Shown one piece after another: positions 56,028 to 63,318 of a stretch of 64,000 nt of DNA. Below the pieces are notes generated by a model. The model was not told the DNA's origin. It did no database searches and saw nothing but the letters and a program-made list of their open reading frames with translations. The stretch is taken from positions 54,221 through 118,220 of the IMG/VR virus record IMGVR_UViG_3300047322_000252. One strand, given 5' to 3'. A program made the position numbers and the translations under genes. How positions within the stretch are numbered: position 1 is the first letter of the stretch; each line of letters starts with the position of its first letter. Source of the stretch: a virus.

Positions 56028-58019
56028 TCACATCGCCCGGAGAATGTACCGGCGCAGGAAGTGAGGAATCTCGCCCAGCGAGCCAAGTTGCTGGACGGTG
56101 GAGCACTGCTCCATGCCGTTCGGGCCACTGCTGATCGGGGTGTTCCAGAAGAACATGACCATGTCCCGGTGGGGCACCATGTAGTCGCCCAGGCTGTACT
56201 TGCTGTGCCAACGCCCGCCCCAGGCGCCATCGGTCATGATGATCACCAGGTGGTGATCCTTCCCGGCCATCTGGTCGTCCAGCAGGTCGAGCGTGGACTT
56301 GGGGTCGGTGCCACCGCAGGGGATGACGTCGTAGGGCACTTCCAGGGGACGGTCATCCTTGTCCCACAGGAGGTAGGGCGCCGTGTCGAACAGGGTGACG
56401 GTGCAGGGGATGCCCACCACGTCGCACGCACTCTTCACACCGAACGCCGCTGTCGCCAGGTCGTCGTTGTAGGGCTGCATCGAGCCGGACCCGTCCAGCA
56501 CGAGGGACACCGCCATGTTGGGCAGGTGCATATCGCCCCCGTCCGCATACTGGCGGAAGAACTCCATATCGCCCGGCTGACGGGTCTTGTAGCGGATGAC
56601 GTCCACGACGCCCTGGCGCTGGTTGCCCTGCCACGACGGCGCCCGCTCCGCACGAGCCTCTTCCATGAGGTTGCGCAGGCCACGGTTCAGCTTGGTGGCC
56701 TCGGCGGTGAGCAGGGGGTCGGGATGGCCGACCGTGGGCACCCGCTTGATGGGCAGGGAGCCGTTGGCCCTCGCCAGCGCCTCGTTGAACGCCCTGACGT
56801 CACCGACCACCGTGCGGTCCTGGTTCCGCTCTTCCTTCGCCCGGCGCACGGCCTCACGTAGGGTGTCCCGGTTCCAATCCTTGTTCCACACGGCCTCGCC
56901 AACCGAGTCGTCAGCGGCGCCGCCGAACGGGTCCAGGTCGCCAATCTCGCCCTTGGCACCACGGTCCGCAACGGCTGGGCCGTCACCTTCGTCGTCGCCC
57001 TCGTCGTCACCCTCATCGGCGTCTGCATCCTCGTCGCCATCCTCGTCGTCTGGCGTCCCTTGACCCTGGCCTTCGCCGTCCTGGTCCTCGCCCTCATCTA
57101 CGCCTGGCGCCTGTGAGCGGTCGAGACGCTGGGCCTCTTCCTTGCCGTCCAGCGCCTCGCCATCGCCATGGCCGTCCATGTCGTCCAGGTTGGACCCTGC
57201 CGCCAGGCGGTTGAAGCGCACGACGCACTCCCACATGGTGTCCAGGTCGCCAGCCGCCATGTAGCGGTCGATCAGGCGCTCAACCTCTCGGACCTGAGCC
57301 TCACCGACCTCTTGGACCATGGCGACACGAGCGGCCACCCGAATGGCCTCGTCCACGTGCTTGCGACCGTGGAGCAGGAGGTAGGCCCTGGGCGACACGT
57401 CGCCGTTCAGGACGTGGGTGAGCACGATCACGTTGTAGTAGCGGCCGAGGTTCTTGGAATCCCTCACCATGGCCGTCTCCATGCGCTGATCTTCGAGCAT
57501 GTTCCAGGCGTGGTGCAGTTCGTCCTGGTCAGCGATCCACTGGCCGAGTGACCGGCGCCGCTGGTTCCTGGCCCAATCGTTGTCATCACAGGGCATGACG
57601 TGGTCCAGCATGTTCAGGAAGGGGACCGTCTTGATGATGTGGCCCGCCTCGTGGTACGCCAGCCCTCGCAGGTCGGCGGCGAAGTCCAGCGTCATCTCCT
57701 GATCCTCCCGGATGGCCGGAATGGAGAGGTTGATCGACCGGAAATCGGTGTAGGCAGAGAACTCTCGGGCCGGATGCTCCACAGAGAGGGGAACACGCTT
57801 CCCGGCCCAGGAGTCGATGGCGCCGCTGATCCGGGGCACGAGGCCGGTGATCACGGCGTTCTGCTTCAAGATGAAGCCCTTGGTCTGCTTCTGCTTGTCC
57901 AGGGCCTCTCGGCGGTCCATGGCGAGACTCCGCTGCTCACGCAGCTTGCGCCGCTCAGCGGCCTGCTCTCGCCTGACGTCCCGGAGGGACTTGCCTGCTA
58001 TGGGGTCAGGGGTGCTCAT
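56028..58019 (-). CDS. CobT-like vWA protein with N-terminal HExxH region and acidic linker
   Basis: YHEAGH, N.LEDQRME, D/E-rich linker, LVLDGSGSM MIDAS, GGT, IMTDG; true start ATG 58019 (leaderless). Confidence 0.85.
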   Translation of the reverse strand: MSTPDPIAGKSLRDVRREQAAERRKLREQRSLAMDRREALDKQKQTKGFILKQNAVITGLVPRISGAIDSWAGKRVPLSVEHPAREFSAYTDFRSINLSIPAIREDQEMTLDFAADLRGLAYHEAGHIIKTVPFLNMLDHVMPCDDNDWARNQRRRSLGQWIADQDELHHAWNMLEDQRMETAMVRDSKNLGRYYNVIVLTHVLNGDVSPRAYLLLHGRKHVDEAIRVAARVAMVQEVGEAQVREVERLIDRYMAAGDLDTMWECVVRFNRLAAGSNLDDMDGHGDGEALDGKEEAQRLDRSQAPGVDEGEDQDGEGQGQGTPDDEDGDEDADADEGDDEGDDEGDGPAVADRGAKGEIGDLDPFGGAADDSVGEAVWNKDWNRDTLREAVRRAKEERNQDRTVVGDVRAFNEALARANGSLPIKRVPTVGHPDPLLTAEATKLNRGLRNLMEEARAERAPSWQGNQRQGVVDVIRYKTRQPGDMEFFRQYADGGDMHLPNMAVSLVLDGSGSMQPYNDDLATAAFGVKSACDVVGIPCTVTLFDTAPYLLWDKDDRPLEVPYDVIPCGGTDPKSTLDLLDDQMAGKDHHLVIIMTDGAWGGRWHSKYSLGDYMVPHRDMVMFFWNTPISSGPNGMEQCSTVQQLGSLGEIPHFLRRYILRAM

Positions 58020-58026
58020 GACAGGT

Positions 58027-58060
58027 AGTGTAGCAGGTACCGTACCGGGCACAACGTCAC
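58027..58060 (-). promoter_or_regulatory. Promoter GTGACGTTGTG-N11-ACCTGCTACACT (copy 2), leaderless into the vWA gene
   Basis: TACACT ends 7 nt before ATG 58019. Confidence 0.7.
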
Positions 58061-58163
58061 TTGTGTTCAGAACGTTGTGACAAGTTGCACACGAGTATGA
58101 AGGTGTGACGGCCCTCTGCCCTGATACAGTGTCCTCGTACCTGAGAGCGAGAAAGCCCCTGAC

Positions 58164-59192
58164 ATGGCAACTCCAAACCCGAAAGCGAGCAAGCGGCCGA
58201 TGGCCTCCACCCTGACAGTGACCGGCGAGGAAGCTCGCCCTCTGACGATCGATGACGAGCGCCTGGATGCGCTGCGTCCCAACCCCCTCCTGGCGCAGAC
58301 CTACGTGAGCCGCAAGATGGCGAACGGGGACACCGACGTCGAGTACCTGATGAAGTGCTGGGCCAAGCGGGAGAACGTCCTGCTGGTCGGTGACACCCAG
58401 GGCGGCAAGACGATGCTGGTCAACGTCCTCGCCATCCATATCGGTGAGGCCATGGGCCTCGGCAAGCCGGTGCCGGTGTTCACCCTCTCGGCCTCGAACG
58501 GCATCACTGACTTCGACCTGTTCGGACAACCCACGGCGTGGACCGATCCCGAGACGGGCATCGAGCGCCTGGTGTGGCTCCCCGGCATGGCCGACCTGGC
58601 TGCCCGAGTCGGCGGCATCTTCTACCTGGACGAGGTCAACATGATGCCCGAGCGGGTCACGTCGAGCCTCCACCCCATGACTGACTGGCGCCGGACGTTC
58701 ACCAACCGGGCCAAGGCCGTCAAGGTCCCCGGCGACGGCTTCATGCCCGAGACGGTCACCCTGTCGGACAACCTGTGGATCGTCGGCACCATGAACCCCA
58801 ACTACCGGGGCGCCGGGGCGCTCAACGAGGCCTTCGCCAATCGTTTCCGCCACCTGGACTGGACCTACGACGACAAGGTCGAGCGGTCCCTGATCCCCAA
58901 CGATGCCGTGCGCACCCTGGGCGATGCCCTGCGCCAGGCCCGAGCCACCGGCCACGTCCGTACCCCGGTCGGCACCAGCGCCCTCATGCGGCTGGCCGAT
59001 GACTGTGTGAGCGATGGCGTGGATATGGCCCTGTTCGTCCTGACCAGCATGTTCACCAGCGACGAGCGCCTGGTGGTGGACGAAATCATCGAGAGCCGCA
59101 GCTTCAAGACGCTGTTGCAGAACGCCATCGACCACGCTCACCCCCTCACCGGCTCCGGTGACGGCGTGCTGGACCCGGATAGCCCGTTCTAG
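58164..59192 (+). CDS. MoxR/CobS/CbbQ-like AAA+ ATPase
   Basis: NVLLVGDTQGGKT, FYLDEVN, GTMNP.YRG...LNEAF.NRF. Confidence 0.9.
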   Translation: MATPNPKASKRPMASTLTVTGEEARPLTIDDERLDALRPNPLLAQTYVSRKMANGDTDVEYLMKCWAKRENVLLVGDTQGGKTMLVNVLAIHIGEAMGLGKPVPVFTLSASNGITDFDLFGQPTAWTDPETGIERLVWLPGMADLAARVGGIFYLDEVNMMPERVTSSLHPMTDWRRTFTNRAKAVKVPGDGFMPETVTLSDNLWIVGTMNPNYRGAGALNEAFANRFRHLDWTYDDKVERSLIPNDAVRTLGDALRQARATGHVRTPVGTSALMRLADDCVSDGVDMALFVLTSMFTSDERLVVDEIIESRSFKTLLQNAIDHAHPLTGSGDGVLDPDSPF

Positions 59193-59198
59193 CAGCAC

Positions 59199-59226
59199 GA
59201 ACCTCCCCCCAATAGGGGGGAGGTTC
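59199..59226 (+). terminator. Perfect 12-bp hairpin after the AAA gene
   Basis: GAACCTCCCCCC-AATA-GGGGGGAGGTTC. Confidence 0.65.
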
Positions 59227-59300
59227 AACTGTCACAACAGTTCTCACAACAGTCCGTTTGGCCTACATACCGAGGCCTAAGAATGAGGTACGATTCTCCC

Positions 59301-60095
59301 ATGCAAACCCTGGCACCCCAACCGAACCGCTCCACCAACAGCATCACGCTCTCGTGGGGCATGATCAACATTCCCTGCTCCGTCTACACCGGCACCGAGT
59401 CGGTCAGCGTGGCCCGCAAAGAGTTCGTGGTCGGCACCGACCATCCGGTGGGCCGGGTGTCCATCGACAAGGTGGACGGCACCGTGGTCGATCGGGCCGA
59501 CGTCGTCAAGATGGCTGAGGCCACCAGCGGCGTGTTCGTCCTCCTGGACGACGACGAGATTGCCGCCGTCACGACCGACCGGGGCCTCGCCACCATCGAG
59601 GGCTTCGTGCCCGTCACCAAGCTGGGCGAGTACCTGACCGATGGCCTGCTGCAAGTCCGGCCCAAGCGGGTCAAGGGCAAGGTCGATCCGGGGGGCAACC
59701 GCTCCCTGGCCCTGCTCTTCGCCGCCATGAAGCGGGAGAAGGTCGCCGCCCTGGTGAACGTGGCTCTGCGTGGCCCGGCCCGCTACGCCTTGCTCACCAG
59801 CGACGGCTTCATGCGCTTCGTGATCACCGCCGACTGCATCCGCACCCCGCTCCCCATGCCGGACGGCGTCGCCACCATGGACGAGGTCACCATGGCCTGC
59901 ACGTTCATCAAGGCCATGGGCAAGGGCACGCCGGTCCTCACCGACAGCACGGCCCGAGCCATCCAGTCCTACGTGGACAGCAAGGCCGAGGGCCATCCGG
60001 TCATCGTGAGCGAGGAACCCGTCGCCACCGGCCCCGAACTCATGCAGCAGATGCTCGCCAGCATCGAGCAGCAGAAGGCTGCCAAGGCCTCCTGA
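59301..60095 (+). CDS. ku: Ku-like DNA end-binding protein
   Basis: RS....LSWG.INIP..VY, V.R...DK.DG..V...DVVK, V.L.DDE, TI.GFVP, LL..AM, LM..M.ASI; leaderless start. Confidence 0.8.
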   Translation: MQTLAPQPNRSTNSITLSWGMINIPCSVYTGTESVSVARKEFVVGTDHPVGRVSIDKVDGTVVDRADVVKMAEATSGVFVLLDDDEIAAVTTDRGLATIEGFVPVTKLGEYLTDGLLQVRPKRVKGKVDPGGNRSLALLFAAMKREKVAALVNVALRGPARYALLTSDGFMRFVITADCIRTPLPMPDGVATMDEVTMACTFIKAMGKGTPVLTDSTARAIQSYVDSKAEGHPVIVSEEPVATGPELMQQMLASIEQQKAAKAS

Positions 60096-60104
60096 GCACG
60101 CACA

Positions 60105-60130
60105 AGAGCAGGGCCGCAAGGCCCTGCTCT
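60105..60130 (+). terminator. GCAA-tetraloop hairpin after ku
   Basis: AGAGCAGGGCC-GCAA-GGCCCTGCTCT. Confidence 0.65.
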
Positions 60131-60214
60131 CATGCCTGTGCCCAGGTGGCCGGGCATGCTAGCATCGTTTCCGAACCTGTACAAAGCACCACCCCTGAAA
60201 GGCGGGACAGGACA

Positions 60215-60454
60215 GTGACTCTCCGACAGAGACTCCGGGACGCCCGGAGTCGAGCCTTCGACCGTTACGCCGAGAAGTACGGCACGCTGCACCATCGTGA
60301 CCCCCGGTCGCACACGGTGATCATCCTCAATCCCGAGGACGCCGACTGGACACACGACGAGTTCGTGGCCGAGCTACTGCGCCGGGCCAACAACGGCGAG
60401 CCGTACCCGGACGTCACGGTGCGACCGTGGAATCCGGGCGGGCCGTACGCATGA
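60215..60454 (+). CDS. Hypothetical protein
   Basis: GTG after a purine-rich tract; ATGA coupling downstream. Confidence 0.5.
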   Translation: MTLRQRLRDARSRAFDRYAEKYGTLHHRDPRSHTVIILNPEDADWTHDEFVAELLRRANNGEPYPDVTVRPWNPGGPYA

Positions 60455-60993
60455 TCAAGGGCGCCGTGGTCACCATGGGCCGGGTCTGCGCTCAGAAGGA
60501 CCCGCTGTACTTCGCAGAGGCGGCGAGCTACTACATGCACCGGCCCCGGCCGTGGGTGTGGATCGGTGGCGCCAACGATGACGACGCCAAGGCTGCCGAG
60601 TACATGGCGGCGCTGGACGAGGCGGGCGTGATCATCACCGGCTGGCTGGAACGAGACGAGGCGCTGGCGTGGCTGAGCTACGCCCACGTCTACGTCCACA
60701 CAGCGGCCTGGGAAGGCAACCCCGTCACGGTCTACGAGGCGGCGGTACGAGGCCTGCCCGTCATCTGCCGGGACATTCCCGCCGTCAAGGCCGAGGGCAT
60801 CGAGTACCTGACCACCAGCCCTGCCCACATGGCCGGGTGGGTGCGGGTGATGGACGACGAGTACCAATGGCGCCGGGCTGCCTGGTGGTCCATGGGCTGG
60901 GTCCAGCGCCACATGGAACAGAGCCAGCGCCAGGCCCTGCGTGAGGTCTACGGCCTGATCGATGTGACAACGGACCTGCCCGTTCCCCGGTGA
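60451..60993 (+). CDS. Glycosyltransferase family 4-like, C-terminal (nucleotide-sugar-binding) domain only
   Basis: GR...QK.P..F, ITGW, YVH...WEG.P....EA...GLPVI..DIP. Confidence 0.75.
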   Translation: MIKGAVVTMGRVCAQKDPLYFAEAASYYMHRPRPWVWIGGANDDDAKAAEYMAALDEAGVIITGWLERDEALAWLSYAHVYVHTAAWEGNPVTVYEAAVRGLPVICRDIPAVKAEGIEYLTTSPAHMAGWVRVMDDEYQWRRAAWWSMGWVQRHMEQSQRQALREVYGLIDVTTDLPVPR

Positions 60994-62315
60994 ACAAGGT
61001 GACCAGGAGGGCGCTCCTAGCGGGCACCCTCCTGGGCCTCACACAGATCGCTGGCGACAGAGTGTTACGGTTCTGCTGCATGAGCGACCTGCAACCTGTC
61101 ATCGATGACCTGCGCAAGCAGGCATCAGCCATCAGTGCCTCGGCGGGCGTGATCAGACAGCAGGCCACCAGCATGGATGCCGCTGCTGCGGCCATCAATG
61201 CCGACGCCGACAAGCTGGCTGCCGCTCCCGTCACCCCACCTACTCCCATCGAGCCGCCGCCTGTCACCGGCACGCAGACTCTCGGACAACGCTTCGGGGC
61301 GTTCTCCATGCCGCTGGAACAGGTGCAGGGTGTGACCCAGGCCTTCATCGACCAGCAAGCCGACCTGATCAAGGAATCGGGCGCCGGGTGGTGGCGGGGC
61401 GACTACCCCATCCGCCAGGTGTATCCGACCAAGGGCGGCGCCTACCAGTGGGCCGACACCGACCGCTGGGTGTTGGCGGCGTTGAAGCGTGGTATCAAGC
61501 CGCTGCCCATCCTCTACATGCTTCCGGCTCACATGGTGGGCACGCCCTACAACGACAAGAACCAGCCCACCAATGACAGCGAGTGGGCCGACGTCATCAC
61601 CGAGTGCTGCAAGCACCTGTGGTCCCTTGGTGTCACAGCAGTCGAGACGTGGAACGAGGCCAATCTGTCCGGCTTCTGGACCAACGCCGCCAGTACCGAC
61701 GACGCCTACCGGGGCAAGTACACCCGCATGATGAAGGCGGCGTACCCCAAGATCAAGGCGGCGGTGCCCAACATGGTGGTGATCGTCGCCGGGCTGAGCA
61801 CGGCTGACACCGTGTGGGGCGCCACGCAGCAGCCCAACCCTCCGGGCTGCGGAGCGCTGAGCACGATCAAGAGTTACGCCGACAAGGGCATGTTCTCCAA
61901 CTGCGACGCTCTCGGCTGGCACCCGTACCTGGACACCGACTACCCCTGCAAGGACGTGGGCAACTGGCCGTCCTGGTCGCCCAAGGCAGTCAAGGCGGCG
62001 CTGGACATCATCGACGCTGCCGCCCCTGGCCGGGGCATCAGTCTGTGGACCACCGAGACAGGCTGCCCGAGGTCGGCGGTGGGCGGAAGTCAAGGCACGC
62101 AGTCACAGCGGGCCAAGGACGCCCTCAACGCCTACATGCCGGGCGGTTGTCTCAACGCCTACCAAGGGCGCCTGGGTCCGTTCTTCTGGTTCTGCATGAT
62201 CGATCGCAACACAGGCGACGGTCGAGAGGACAGCTTCGGGTGGGTGAACCGCTCCGGGGGCAAGTACCAGGTCTTCGCAGACATGAAGACCGTGTTCGCA
62301 CAGGCCTGGGCATGA
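60990..62315 (+). CDS. Clan GH-A glycoside hydrolase (GH5/GH39-like)
   Basis: WWRGD, E.WNEAN acid/base, WHPY, W.TETG nucleophile, F.F...D; start 60990 or 61080. Confidence 0.8.
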   Translation: MNKVTRRALLAGTLLGLTQIAGDRVLRFCCMSDLQPVIDDLRKQASAISASAGVIRQQATSMDAAAAAINADADKLAAAPVTPPTPIEPPPVTGTQTLGQRFGAFSMPLEQVQGVTQAFIDQQADLIKESGAGWWRGDYPIRQVYPTKGGAYQWADTDRWVLAALKRGIKPLPILYMLPAHMVGTPYNDKNQPTNDSEWADVITECCKHLWSLGVTAVETWNEANLSGFWTNAASTDDAYRGKYTRMMKAAYPKIKAAVPNMVVIVAGLSTADTVWGATQQPNPPGCGALSTIKSYADKGMFSNCDALGWHPYLDTDYPCKDVGNWPSWSPKAVKAALDIIDAAAPGRGISLWTTETGCPRSAVGGSQGTQSQRAKDALNAYMPGGCLNAYQGRLGPFFWFCMIDRNTGDGREDSFGWVNRSGGKYQVFADMKTVFAQAWA

Positions 62316-62458
62316 GCGAGCAGCCGGGCCAGGAGATCTACTACCCGGAGGTTGACCCGAACAGGCCCAAGCCACCGAGGCCCAATCCGCCCCTGGACCC
62401 GTACCCGCACCCCGGCACGCTGGTGCAGAAGCACCTGGACGCACCGCCGCCTGGTTGA
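62312..62458 (+). CDS. Pro-rich 48-aa peptide
   Basis: ATGA coupling; followed by a terminator-like hairpin. Confidence 0.4.
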   Translation: MSEQPGQEIYYPEVDPNRPKPPRPNPPLDPYPHPGTLVQKHLDAPPPG

Positions 62459-62482
62459 CACAACAGCAGGGCCATTGACATT

Positions 62483-62521
62483 GACAAAGCCCCCTCGATT
62501 CCGGGTCGAGGGGGCTTTGTC
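62483..62521 (+). terminator. 16-bp stem hairpin
   Basis: GACAAAGCCCCCTCGA-TTCCGGG-TCGAGGGGGCTTTGTC. Confidence 0.7.
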
Positions 62522-62631
62522 GTTCCCGGAGGTCAAGCCAGGAGAGAGGTCAACGTAGCAGGTCACACCACGAGCACGAATGGTCCGTTCGACCCATGTT
62601 CGGTACCCTACGAATGACTAGAGTATGAAGC

Positions 62632-63318
62632 ATGGAAGAGGGAGGACTCGACGGCAGTAAGCCTTCGCCAGGGAGCGCTCCCGACGCTGGCCCAACCCGC
62701 CCGGTGAAGCCGGGTGGCCTCCCTCTTCCTAACCTTCGCCACTACGGGCACCAGGTCATCGCACCGACCTACACACGCACGTTCTTCGCTGTGCTGAGTG
62801 GTGCCACGACTGTGCAACAGGTCGCCGCCATCGTCGGTCTGAGTGAGACGACGACCAGCAGCCACTTGAAGCGCCTGCGAGGCCTGGGCCTGATCGACTG
62901 GACCTACACGGCCCGCAACCAACGAGGCGTGCGCATCCTGCGCTCCTGCGTGGAGTCAGTGCCGTTCAACAACGAGCGAGGCGAGGACACCATCGCCATC
63001 GTTCTCGCCAGCGAGGACGGCCAAGAGTTCTCTGACGTAGCACCCCTGGTCCGGCCGGTCGAGCCGACCATCACCAACGTGCGAGAGCTACGCAAGGGTG
63101 ACGTGCTGACGCTGGAAGGTCAGGACTACCCGGTCAAGGAAGTGCGCATCGGCCAGAAGGCCAAGCGTGCTGCCATCCGCCTGGGCATCCCCGATGGGGA
63201 GTGGTGGTACAAGCCGCCGCTGGACCAGCCCATCACCGCTGTGCGGACGCACGAGGCCCAGCGCCGCATCAGCCAAGCAACCGAGGCCCGAGACGGGATG
63301 TACCGCTATGGCCGTTGA
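62632..63318 (+). CDS. Winged-helix (ArsR-like) DNA-binding protein with extra C-terminal domain
   Basis: TVQQVAAIVGLSETTTSSHLKRLRGLGLI; leaderless TAGAGT. Confidence 0.7.
   Translation: MEEGGLDGSKPSPGSAPDAGPTRPVKPGGLPLPNLRHYGHQVIAPTYTRTFFAVLSGATTVQQVAAIVGLSETTTSSHLKRLRGLGLIDWTYTARNQRGVRILRSCVESVPFNNERGEDTIAIVLASEDGQEFSDVAPLVRPVEPTITNVRELRKGDVLTLEGQDYPVKEVRIGQKAKRAAIRLGIPDGEWWYKPPLDQPITAVRTHEAQRRISQATEARDGMYRYGR

Larger units (their letters stand above)
3125..62485. repeat. Dispersed 13-bp motif B, CATTGACAYTGAC (13 exact, 3 one-mismatch copies)
   Basis: Plus strand: 3125, 7692, 11748, 24102, 27300, 29306, 42013, 53201, 62473; minus strand: 12050, 44305, 50349, 55998; near copies: 17519, 31065, 55143. 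Confidence 0.95.

Noticed and set aside
55473-56861. Long alternative-frame ORFs (for example this 462-aa one, 14029-15153 and 53459-54598)
   Set aside because: Typical stop-poor antisense shadows of real genes in high-GC DNA, with no recognisable motifs
58020-59228. N-terminal ~400 aa of the 1066-aa minus-strand ORF
   Set aside because: It is the antisense shadow of the AAA+ gene; the vWA gene has a leaderless promoter directly before ATG 58019
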